Positions 56,014 to 64,000 of a DNA stretch of 64,000 nt are shown in pieces. Origin of the DNA: Polyangia bacterium. GTDB taxonomy: Bacteria > Myxococcota_A > Polyangia > Palsa-1104 > SHYY01. The DNA is taken from NCBI GenBank assembly GCA_036263495.1, contig DATAGU010000095.1, forward strand, positions 1,223 through 65,222, written 5' to 3'. The notes beneath the pieces are model-generated. The model searched no databases. It was not told where the DNA came from and saw nothing but the letters and a program-made list of their open reading frames with translations. The position numbers and the translations under genes were made by a program. How positions within the stretch are numbered: position 1 is the first letter of the stretch; every line of letters starts with the position of its first letter.

Positions 56014-56037
56014 GGCTTCTGGGCTATAACCCCCTGT

Positions 56038-57315
56038 ATGTATGACGCGATCGTCGCTGGCGGCGGGCCAGCGGGTTCGAGCACGGCGGCCTTCTTGCGG
56101 CAGCGGGGACGCCGTGTCCTCTTGCTCGAGCGGGAGCAGTTCCCCCGCTTTCATCTCGGCGAGTCGCTCCTGCCGTTCGCCTCGGACCTGTTCAAAGAGC
56201 TCGGCGTCTTCGAGGAGATCGACCGGCGCTACCTGCACAAGCCCGGGGCCCGCGTGGTGCACGAGGAGTCGGGGACGGCGTTCACCTATTACTTCGACAG
56301 CGCGATCCGCGAGGGGCGGCCGTACGCCTATCAAGTGCCGCGCGCGGACTTCGATCTCCTGCTGCTCGACAACGCCCGGCGGCTCGGCGCCGAGGTGCGC
56401 GAGCAGACCGAGGTGCGCGACGTGGCGTTTCACCCCGACCGGGTGACGGTGCAGGCGCGCGACGCCGCGGGGCGGACGTATCGCGAAGAGGCGGCGATGT
56501 TCGTCGACGCGACGGGCCGCGACACGCTGCTCGCCACGGCGCAGGGCCTCAAGGTGGCAGACGACCTCGTGGCCACCAACGTGGCGGCGTTCTCGCACTG
56601 GGAGGGCTGCCGGCGTGAGTCCGGGAGCGACGAGGGCAACTTCACGCTCCTCATGTTCGACGGCGGCTGGTGGTGGGTGATCCCGTTCAAGGGGACGGTC
56701 ACGTCGATCGGCGTGGTGTTCGAGAAGGGCTACACGCTCGCGCGCAAGGGCCAGAGCCCGGCGGAGCTCTACGAGGGGGCGATCGCCGGGCAGCGCGAGA
56801 TCCGCAAGATCATCGGCGAGGGGCGCCGGGTGCGGCCGATCGAGACCACGGGCAACTGGTCGTATCGGTCGCGCCGGTTCTACGGCGACCGCTTCGTGCT
56901 GGTGGGGGACGCGGCGGCCTTCATCGACCCGCTATTCTCGACGGGCGTGCTGATGGCGATGCAGAGCGCGCGCTACGCGGCGGAGGTGATCGACGAGGGG
57001 CTGCGCGAGGGCGATCTCGGCGCCGCGCGCCTCGCCAGGTACGAGGAGCGGGCGCTCGTGGGGGCGGACCTGTTCCGGCACCTCGTGCGCGAGTTTTATG
57101 GCGAGAACCTGCGCGAGGTGCTGTTCGCGAGCGCGACCAACCCGACGGTGTGCGCCATCATCGCGTCGATCCTGGCCGGCGACGTGTACGAGAAGGCGCT
57201 GTGGCAGACGCTCGTGCGCCCCGGGTTCTCGCGTCAGCTCGCGGCCGCGGCCCGGAGCCAAGAGCCGCGCGCCGCCAACAGCCGCCAGACGCGCACCCCC
57301 AAGCAGGACCTCTGA
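56038..57315 (+). CDS. FAD-dependent oxidoreductase, flavin-dependent-halogenase-like
   Basis: Motifs GGGPAGS and FPRFHLGESL are present. A WxWxIP-type motif (GGWWWVIPF) characteristic of flavin halogenases is also present. Confidence 0.65.
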   Translation: MYDAIVAGGGPAGSSTAAFLRQRGRRVLLLEREQFPRFHLGESLLPFASDLFKELGVFEEIDRRYLHKPGARVVHEESGTAFTYYFDSAIREGRPYAYQVPRADFDLLLLDNARRLGAEVREQTEVRDVAFHPDRVTVQARDAAGRTYREEAAMFVDATGRDTLLATAQGLKVADDLVATNVAAFSHWEGCRRESGSDEGNFTLLMFDGGWWWVIPFKGTVTSIGVVFEKGYTLARKGQSPAELYEGAIAGQREIRKIIGEGRRVRPIETTGNWSYRSRRFYGDRFVLVGDAAAFIDPLFSTGVLMAMQSARYAAEVIDEGLREGDLGAARLARYEERALVGADLFRHLVREFYGENLREVLFASATNPTVCAIIASILAGDVYEKALWQTLVRPGFSRQLAAAARSQEPRAANSRQTRTPKQDL

Positions 57316-57321
57316 TCCGGG

Positions 57322-57747
57322 ATGAAGATCGTCCTCCTGGCGGTGGGGAAGCTCAAGGACCCCTGGGTGCTCGAGGGGTGCGCCGAGTACCTGCAGCGGC
57401 TCCGCCGCCACGCCACGATCCAGGTGGTCGAGGTGAAGGAGGGGACGGCGCTGGCGGCGCGCATCCCGGCGCGTCACCGCGTGGTGGCGCTGACCGAGCG
57501 CGGCCAGGAGCCGACCTCGGCGGAGCTGGCGGAGCGGGTGGCCCGCTGGCAGATGGAGGGGGGCGCGGGGGTGGTCTTCCTGATCGGGGGCGCGGACGGG
57601 TTGCCGGCCGAGATGGAGCGTCAGGCCGATGAGCGGCTGTCGCTCAGCCGCCTGACGCTGCCGCACCGCCTGGCCCGCCTGGTCCTGCTCGAGCAGCTGT
57701 ATCGCGCGTTCAGCATTCTGCGCGGGGAGCCCTATCACCGAGCCTGA
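57322..57747 (+). CDS. rlmH: 23S rRNA (pseudouridine1915-N3)-methyltransferase RlmH
   Basis: It is 141 aa and has a SPOUT-family RlmH signature (MKIVLLAVGKLKD...VFLIGGADGL). Confidence 0.85.
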   Translation: MKIVLLAVGKLKDPWVLEGCAEYLQRLRRHATIQVVEVKEGTALAARIPARHRVVALTERGQEPTSAELAERVARWQMEGGAGVVFLIGGADGLPAEMERQADERLSLSRLTLPHRLARLVLLEQLYRAFSILRGEPYHRA

Positions 57748-57751
57748 GCCG

Positions 57752-57903
57752 AAACCCCTCAGTTGGCTGCCTACTGCGGCACAGCCAGCGACGGCGAGGC
57801 GGCGGCGGTCAGTCGGTCGCGTACCTCCAGTACGCTCCCTCCTTCCCTCCTTGCCTCGCCGCCGCTGGCTGTGCCTCGCTACGGCATCCAACTGAGGGGT
57901 TCC
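57752..57903. repeat. Long imperfect inverted repeat (~50-nt arms, perfect 12-bp blocks CCCCTCAGTTGG and GCACAGCCAGCG) around a pyrimidine-rich ~45-nt core
   Basis: The repeat is directly visible, 5 nt after the rlmH stop and upstream of the FHA gene. Confidence 0.6.
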
Positions 57904-57966
57904 GGCTGAACTCTGCCGGTGCGGTGTCGGAGCCGCGCTGCGTGGTAGACTCGGCCCCCACGAACG

Positions 57967-59067
57967 ATGCCCAGGCTCGTTTATCAAGACTCTTCCCAGG
58001 TAGAGCAAAGCGTCGAGCTCGGCACCGACCCGGTGCTGATCGGACGCGCGGTCGAGTGCCAGGTGCAGACGCAGGACGGGATGGTGTCGCGCCGGCATGC
58101 CCGCATCGTGTGGGAGGGGGGCGGCTACTGGATCGAGGATCTGGGCAGCTCGAACGGCGTCCACGTCGGGGGCGTCCGCATCGCGCAGCGCGCGCCGCTG
58201 CGCGCCGGCGATGACGTGCGCTGCGGCAGCCTGAGCCTGCGGCTCGTGGTCGAGCGGGTGCCGAGCCCCACGGCCCGGGTGACGCCGCTGTCGGTGGAAC
58301 CGCTGGTCAGGGCGCCCGCGCCCCCCCCGAGGTCCCCTGCGCCGGAGGCGGCCCGGCCCACGCCGCCCCCGCGGTCCCCTGCGCCGGAGGCGGCGTCCAG
58401 GCCCACGCCGCCCCCCACGGCCGGAGCCGAGCTCGCCGAGGAGCTGCGCGCGGAGCGGCAGCGGCGCACGCAGGCCGAGGCGGCCACGCGCAACGCCGAG
58501 CAGCGCGCGGCCTCAGCCGAGGCTCGCGTGGAGGAGATGCAGACGCGCCTGCGGGACCTGGAGCAGCGCGCCAAGGCGGCCGAAGCGCGGGCCACAGAGC
58601 TCGAGGCCGCGGGCAAGGAAGGGGATCGTCTGCGCCGACGCATCGAGCAGCTCCAGTCCGAGGTGCGACGCCTGCGCGGCGGCCAGCCGGCGAGCGTCGA
58701 GGGCGACGGGGAGGCGCTGCGCGGCGAGCTCGAGGCGGCGATGGCGGAGCGGGATCGGTTGCAGCAGCGGGTGCTGGAGCTGGAGGCGGAGGTGCGGCAG
58801 CGCGTCGCGGCCGGCAGCGCCGCCGGATCCGGCCCTGCGCCGTCCGGACTCGGCGACGCGGTGACGCTCCTCAACGACGTGCTCGGCGACCTGCGCGGGA
58901 ACCTGCGCGCGGCGACCGAGGAGTTCGCGTCGCTCATGGCACGGGCCGAGCAAGAGGGATGGAAGTCCTCGCTCACGGTGATGAGCGACGCCATCCAGCA
59001 GGCGAACGAGCAGCTCGAGGACGCGCGAAACCGGGTGCGCGAGCTGCGGCGCCTACTCGGCGCCTGA
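57967..59067 (+). CDS. FHA-domain protein with Pro-rich linker and C-terminal coiled coil
   Basis: The FHA core is LIGRAVECQVQTQDGMVSRRHARIVWEGGGYWIEDLGSSNGVHVGG. The linker contains the duplicated sequence PPPRSPAPEAA. Confidence 0.8.
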   Translation: MPRLVYQDSSQVEQSVELGTDPVLIGRAVECQVQTQDGMVSRRHARIVWEGGGYWIEDLGSSNGVHVGGVRIAQRAPLRAGDDVRCGSLSLRLVVERVPSPTARVTPLSVEPLVRAPAPPPRSPAPEAARPTPPPRSPAPEAASRPTPPPTAGAELAEELRAERQRRTQAEAATRNAEQRAASAEARVEEMQTRLRDLEQRAKAAEARATELEAAGKEGDRLRRRIEQLQSEVRRLRGGQPASVEGDGEALRGELEAAMAERDRLQQRVLELEAEVRQRVAAGSAAGSGPAPSGLGDAVTLLNDVLGDLRGNLRAATEEFASLMARAEQEGWKSSLTVMSDAIQQANEQLEDARNRVRELRRLLGA

Positions 59068-59085
59068 CCGGGTTCTCGACGGGCG

Positions 59086-59991
59086 CTACCGGAGCGTGGG
59101 CGACACCGTCGCCCGGCCTTTGAGCTGGGCGAGCAGGCCCCGATACTCCTTGGCGATCACCGCCGCGGCCTGGCGGGAGGCGGCGCGATTGGCCTCCTCG
59201 GGCGACAGCTGGGAGCTCTTGCCGGCTCCCACCTCGAGAAAGACGCTGCCGTGGTGGGCGCCGATGCGCTCCTCGAGCTCGTTGAGCTTGAGCGCCTGGT
59301 ACTCGGCGCGGGTGAGCGCGATGCGCACCACCTCGCGGTCCTTCCATACGCCCGAGAACGTCATGGCCCGCAGGTCGTGCACGTTGTCGAAGAGGGCCAT
59401 GGCCAGGTCGCAGAACGTCTGCAGGGCCTGGTTGAAGGAGAGCGTCTGGGCCCACTCGTCCTTGCCGAGCTCCGTGTAGGGCACGGTCAGGCTCACCGAG
59501 CGGGCCTCGTCGTTGCGCGACACCTGGAGGGCGTGCTTCCAGCCCTTGGAGGTGTCGGCCCGCCGCGCGAGGGCCTGATCGATCTCCTGCGAGAACTCGA
59601 GCGGGAGCTTGTTCTCGAACCGCGGGCCGAGGTCGCTCGCCCGCTTGAGCACGGTGCCGATCGGCGTGGGGGGCGGCGTGCGGAAGGCCGCCTCGGAGGT
59701 GTAGACGTAGCCCGCCATCCCCGACGGTGGATCCTCGTGCCGGGTCATGACGTGGCGGTAGAGGAACTCGAGCAGCTTCTGCGTCTCGTCGTGGCGGATG
59801 GTGGGCGCGACGAGCACGTGGAGCTCGTTCGTGCCGTTGTTGAGCTCGTCCTTGAGGACCTGATACGGGACGGGGGCGTCGGCCGGCGCGCTCTTCGGGG
59901 TCGGAGGCGCCTCCTGTGCCGGCGGCCGTTTCTCTTCGCAGGCGAAGAGTGCGAGGGTGAGCAATACCAGCCCGGACGCGCGGACCCACAT
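59086..59991 (-). CDS. Lipoprotein of unknown function
   Basis: A lipobox is present (LVLLTLALFAC). Confidence 0.55.
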   Translation of the reverse strand: MWVRASGLVLLTLALFACEEKRPPAQEAPPTPKSAPADAPVPYQVLKDELNNGTNELHVLVAPTIRHDETQKLLEFLYRHVMTRHEDPPSGMAGYVYTSEAAFRTPPPTPIGTVLKRASDLGPRFENKLPLEFSQEIDQALARRADTSKGWKHALQVSRNDEARSVSLTVPYTELGKDEWAQTLSFNQALQTFCDLAMALFDNVHDLRAMTFSGVWKDREVVRIALTRAEYQALKLNELEERIGAHHGSVFLEVGAGKSSQLSPEEANRAASRQAAAVIAKEYRGLLAQLKGRATVSPTLR

Positions 59992-60060
59992 GCAAAGTAC
60001 GCTAGCGGCCCCGGCGAAGGACCGTCAAGCAGGTTTCCAGGATCAAGCTCAATCGCTGGT

Positions 60061-62484
60061 TCAGCGGAAGGCACGCGCCGTCCTCACGGAGATGCGCCCG
60101 CGGGTATCGATGCGCACGGTCACGGCGCCATCGCGATCCGTGCGATACGTGCGGGCCCCGGCGGCACGCCACCGCGCCTCCACCGCCGGCGCGGGAAAGC
60201 CCCAGCGGTTCTGATCGCCTACCGAGTACACCACCACGCTCGGGCGCACCCGCTCGACGAAGCGGGGCGTCGAGCTCGTGCGGCTCCCGTGATGCGGGGC
60301 CTTGAGCACGTCGGCGGCCAGCGCGCGCCCCGACTGGGCGAGCCGCGCCTCGGCGCGGGCCTCGATGTCGCCGGCCAGGAGCACGGCCCGCCCTCCATAA
60401 AGGATGCGGAGGACGATGGACCCGTCGTTCTCCGACCAGGCCGGCGGGACCCGCACCTGGCCATCCACCAGCGGATGGAGGACCTCGACGCGGGCCGCGC
60501 CAGCCACGAGCTCGTGCGGCCGGACGATCGGCACGCCCCGCTCGGCCGCCGCGTCTCGCAGACGCAAGAGCCCGGGCAGACTGGAGCGGGCGCCGTTGGT
60601 CCACACTTCTCTGGTGGGGAAGCGGGCGACCACCGCGGCCAGGCCGTTGGCGTGGTCGGGGTGCGGATGGGTGAGCACCACGGCGTCCAGGCGACGCACG
60701 CCATGCCGTTCGAGCCACGGCACGAGCACCTGCGCCCCGGGATCGAAGCTCGGATCAAAGGACCCGCCGCCATCCACCAGCAAGGTGACGCCGCCCGGCA
60801 GCTCGACGAGCGCGGCGTCCCCCTGCCCCACGTCGAGGAAGGTCACGGTGAGCGCGGGATCCCAGCGGGGCGCGAGGACGAGCCGCCAGGCGAGCGAGCC
60901 GCCGAGGACGAGCCCACACAGGAGGGCGACGCGCCAGGCGCGCCGGCCGGCCAGGGTCAGCGCGAGCAGCCCGCCATACCAGGCCGCGCACTCGAGGAGC
61001 GTGGGCGGCGGCACGTGCCCGAGCTCGGCCAGCCCTGGCACGGAGGCGATGGCCCGCACCGCTCGGATCATGAACGTCGCCCCGCCGGCGGCCAGGGCCA
61101 GGAGCATGTGCGCGAGGGCGCCGAAGAGCCCAAAACCCCCTGGCAGCGCGCCGAGCACGCAGGCGCCGAGCCCGAGGGGCAGCACCCAGAGCTCCGCGAG
61201 CGGCACCACGAGGACATTGGCCCAGAGGCCCGCGGGCCCGAGCTGGGCGAAGTGCCAGGCGGTGATCGGCGCCGTCGTGACCAGCGCCGCCAGGGAGACG
61301 CGCACGAGGGCGAAGGCCCCGCGGACGATGCGTGGCCCGAGTCCCGTCCCCGCGGAGGGGAATCCCCGGCCCGGCAGCCGCGGCGCGACCACGATGCCGC
61401 CGAGGGCCGCGGCAAAGGACAGCTGGAAGGAGGGATCGAACAGCGTGAGGGGCGAGGCCCCGAGGATCGCCAGCACGGCCACCGCCAGCGCCGATCCAGC
61501 CGCCGCCGGGCGCAGGAGCGCCGCGCCGGCGAGGTACAGGAGCGCCACGATGCACGCGCGCACCGTGGCCACTTGGGCCCCGGTGAGGAGCGTGTACAGC
61601 ACGACCGCCGGCAGCGCCGCCAGCGCCGCCACCTGGCGCACCGCGACGCGCCGGGCGAGCGGCTCGATCCACACGAGCAGCCGGCGCAGGCCGATGAAGA
61701 GGAGAAAGGAGGCGATGGCCAGGTGGAGCCCGCTCACGGACAGCACGTGGGAGACGCCGGCGACCCGGAAGTCGCGCTCGAGAGAGCGGCTCACGGCCCC
61801 ACGCTCGCCGAGGAGCAGAGAGGCCATGAGCCCTGCCGCCTCGCCCTTCGAAGGGAGCTCCGCGCGCAGCCAGGCGAGCCATCGCTGCCGTAAGCGCGCC
61901 ACCGGCCGGCCGAGACACCACCGCTCCTGTCCCGCGAGCCGCACCAGCGCCTCGGGCGCGGGCAGGCCGGCGACGGCCACCAGCCCGCGGGCGGCGAAGT
62001 GGCGCGCAGGATCCGGCGCGTCCGGTTCGGCAAAGCCGCGGGGGGCCCGGAGCTGCGCGCGGAACAGGACGCGATCTCCGGGCAGGAGCGGCTCCTTGGG
62101 CGCTCCGCCGAGCCGCAGCCAGAGCCTCCCCGCAGCCTCTTGCGCCTGCCCGTCGCGGGCGACCTCCTCGAGCCCGAGCAGCACGTGAGCGTCGTCCGCG
62201 CCCTCCATCGGCGGCTCCAGCACGCGCGCCGTCACGACCCAGGGCGGCCCGCCGAGCAAGCCGTCAGGCGCGCGTGGCCAGGACGTCACCGTGGCCAGCG
62301 CCCCCAGGAGGACGACCTGGCCGAGCGTCGCCAGGCCCCAGCCGCGCCCGCGTCTCCAGGCCACGGCCACCACCCCGAGCCACAGGAAGGCCAGCGCCGC
62401 CAGGGGAGCGGCCGGCGGACGTAAGGTTTCGCCGAGGAGCACTCCGGACATGAGGGCGAGGGCCAGCAGAGAAGTGGGCGACAT
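60061..62484 (-). CDS. comEC: ComEC/Rec2-family DNA internalisation protein with C-terminal metallo-beta-lactamase domain
   Basis: A polytopic competence domain is followed by an MBL motif (TFLDVGQGDA...LTHPHPDHANG...APHHGS). Confidence 0.85.
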   Translation of the reverse strand: MSPTSLLALALMSGVLLGETLRPPAAPLAALAFLWLGVVAVAWRRGRGWGLATLGQVVLLGALATVTSWPRAPDGLLGGPPWVVTARVLEPPMEGADDAHVLLGLEEVARDGQAQEAAGRLWLRLGGAPKEPLLPGDRVLFRAQLRAPRGFAEPDAPDPARHFAARGLVAVAGLPAPEALVRLAGQERWCLGRPVARLRQRWLAWLRAELPSKGEAAGLMASLLLGERGAVSRSLERDFRVAGVSHVLSVSGLHLAIASFLLFIGLRRLLVWIEPLARRVAVRQVAALAALPAVVLYTLLTGAQVATVRACIVALLYLAGAALLRPAAAGSALAVAVLAILGASPLTLFDPSFQLSFAAALGGIVVAPRLPGRGFPSAGTGLGPRIVRGAFALVRVSLAALVTTAPITAWHFAQLGPAGLWANVLVVPLAELWVLPLGLGACVLGALPGGFGLFGALAHMLLALAAGGATFMIRAVRAIASVPGLAELGHVPPPTLLECAAWYGGLLALTLAGRRAWRVALLCGLVLGGSLAWRLVLAPRWDPALTVTFLDVGQGDAALVELPGGVTLLVDGGGSFDPSFDPGAQVLVPWLERHGVRRLDAVVLTHPHPDHANGLAAVVARFPTREVWTNGARSSLPGLLRLRDAAAERGVPIVRPHELVAGAARVEVLHPLVDGQVRVPPAWSENDGSIVLRILYGGRAVLLAGDIEARAEARLAQSGRALAADVLKAPHHGSRTSSTPRFVERVRPSVVVYSVGDQNRWGFPAPAVEARWRAAGARTYRTDRDGAVTVRIDTRGRISVRTARAFR

Positions 62485-62984
62485 GCCCCCCGCTTATCGG
62501 GTCCGATTCGCCCAAGTTGCGTCCTGCCGCGATCTCATGAGCCACGCGGCCACGCGGGCGCTATGCGGGTCGCCGTTTCAGTCTCTCTTCAATCTTCCTT
62601 TGAAACACCATCCACACAGCGCCTGCGCACCGTCGTTGTTTAAAAAATACATCCAGGCATGATCTCTACACGTTCAAACGCCGCCTGCGCCAGGCTCTGC
62701 CCTCGGACGACAACTCCTGACCACGGAAATGCAACCACAGTCAGGTAACTGACAGTTTTATCTTCCGTACGTTTGAAGGCTCACACTCCTATTCGCAGCG
62801 GCGCGTCACGTATTTCGCATCTCCTTTCGTTTCAAGGAGATACAAAATGCCTTGTTAAATTCATTGACACCCATAGGACCGTCCCGGATAGTCCCTGCAT
62901 CGTTAGAGGCGGCAACAAGCTCTTCGGAGAGGCCCCTCACGACCCTTCGAACTCAGTTCGAGCCTCGAGACAAGGAGCAGAGCC

Positions 62985-63908
62985 ATGAAGAAAATGACTG
63001 GAACCACTTTTGCGCAGGTGTTTGGTTTCGCTGCGGTCGGCGCCTTCGGCCTGGCCGGCTGCGGCGGCGAAGCGGCCATCGACGACAGCGTCGTCAGCGT
63101 CGATCACGGCAGCCAGAACCTGGTGCACCGCTGCGCCAGCCGTGACGTCAGCCCGGCCGAGCTGCACTACTACGAGCAGGAAGTGGCCCAGTACATGGCC
63201 CTCCGTGGCAACCAGCCGGTCACCGGCACCGTGACCGTCCCGGTCTACGTGCACGTCATCCGCACCAGCACCGGCACCGGCGACGTGTCCGACACGCGCA
63301 TCGCCCAGCAGATCGCCTTCCTGAACGACGCCTACAACGGCGGCAGCGTCGGCGGCGCCACCACCAACTTCCAGTTCACGCTGGCCGGCACCGACCGCAC
63401 CAACAACTCGACCTGGTACACCATGACCCCCGGCACCACGGCCGAAGCCCAGGCCAAGACGGCGCTGCGCAAGGGCACGGCCGACGACCTCAACCTCTAC
63501 TTCGCCAGCCCCGGCCAGGGCCTCCTCGGCTGGGCCACCTTCCCCCAGGACTACACGGGCAACCCGAAGAACGACGGCGTCGTGATCCTCAACACCTCGG
63601 TCACCGGCGGCAGCGCCACCAACTACAACGAGGGCGACACGGCGACCCACGAGATCGGCCACTGGCTCGGCCTCTACCACACCTTCCAGGGCGGCTGCAC
63701 GGGCGGCGACTCGGTCTCCGACACGCCGGCTGAGAGCACGTCGACCTCGGGCTGCCCGGCCAGCAAGGACACCTGCACCTCGATCGCGGGCCTGGATCCG
63801 ATCCACAACTACATGGACTACAGCTACGACCAGTGCCTGTATGAGTTCACGGCCGGCCAGTCGTCGCGCATGAACTCGTACTACACGACCTACCGCTACC
63901 TGAAGTAG
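62985..63908 (+). CDS. Secreted M43B (ulilysin/pappalysin-like) zinc metalloprotease lipoprotein
   Basis: The zinc-binding motif is [13 protein letters not shown] and the Met-turn region is [10 protein letters not shown] lipobox is present (LAGCGG). An AAGGAG SD lies upstream. Confidence 0.8.
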   Translation: MKKMTGTTFAQVFGFAAVGAFGLAGCGGEAAIDDSVVSVDHGSQNLVHRCASRDVSPAELHYYEQEVAQYMALRGNQPVTGTVTVPVYVHVIRTSTGTGDVSDTRIAQQIAFLNDAYNGGSVGGATTNFQFTLAGTDRTNNSTWYTMTPGTTAEAQAKTALRKGTADDLNLYFASPGQGLLGWATFPQDYTGNPKNDGVVILNTSVTGGSATNYNEGDTATHEIGHWLGLYHTFQGGCTGGDSVSDTPAESTSTSGCPASKDTCTSIAGLDPIHNYMDYSYDQCLYEFTAGQSSRMNSYYTTYRYLK

Positions 63909-64000
63909 TCCTCCTCAAGCCCCCGCCGCTCCCCCCTCCTCCTTCTCTCCTTTCTACCCCACCTTCGACGCAGGACGCCTGAGCCCCCGCGCTCTTCCGC

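Noticed and set aside
57752-57903. tRNA or tmRNA
   Set aside because: It has no T-psi-C (GGTTCRAnYC) or anticodon-arm architecture. The structure is a single long hairpin.
59251-61921. 880-aa plus ORF and 388-aa minus ORF
   Set aside because: They are antisense or alternative frames of ComEC.
62937-63806. 289-aa minus ORF
   Set aside because: It is antisense to the M43 protease, whose [13 protein letters not shown] motif is unambiguous.

Overview
The window is a ~64 kb, very GC-rich (roughly 70% by eye), densely coding chromosomal segment with gene content typical of Myxococcota, most like Sorangiineae. By motif reading it carries five Hanks-type Ser/Thr kinases, one of them a 1735-aa kinase-STAND-TPR-GAF-histidine kinase hybrid, plus three sigma54 NtrC-type activators, three histidine kinases, two single-domain response regulators, and many lipoproteins and secreted proteases (S1, M4, M43). 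It also holds a TonB-dependent receptor, a partial pseudaminic-acid locus (pseB-pseC-pseG), korAB (2-oxoacid:ferredoxin oxidoreductase), rlmH, ComEC, and several FAD enzymes: a squalene-epoxidase-like monooxygenase, a geranylgeranyl-reductase-like protein and a flavin-halogenase-like protein. No rRNA, tRNA, CRISPR, transposase or integrase was recognised. Long ORFs with no recognisable motifs lie on the strand opposite most real genes; these are high-GC artefacts and are listed under rejected. The most unusual features are: (1) a sigma54 activator whose frame runs, across a single TGA, directly into an Smr-nuclease-domain ORF that has no canonical start codon; (2) a ~14 kb co-directional cluster joining an HK/NtrC pair, two Ser/Thr kinases, a secreted ~15-blade repeat propeller protein, a Tat-exported epimerase and two transporters (TLC-like and APC); (3) two different intergenic arrays of 21-22-bp repeats, one direct and one made of palindromic units; (4) a ~150-bp long-armed hairpin element after rlmH; and (5) a partial pse sugar locus embedded among signalling genes. 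All calls rest on reading translated ORFs for conserved motifs; no database search was possible.
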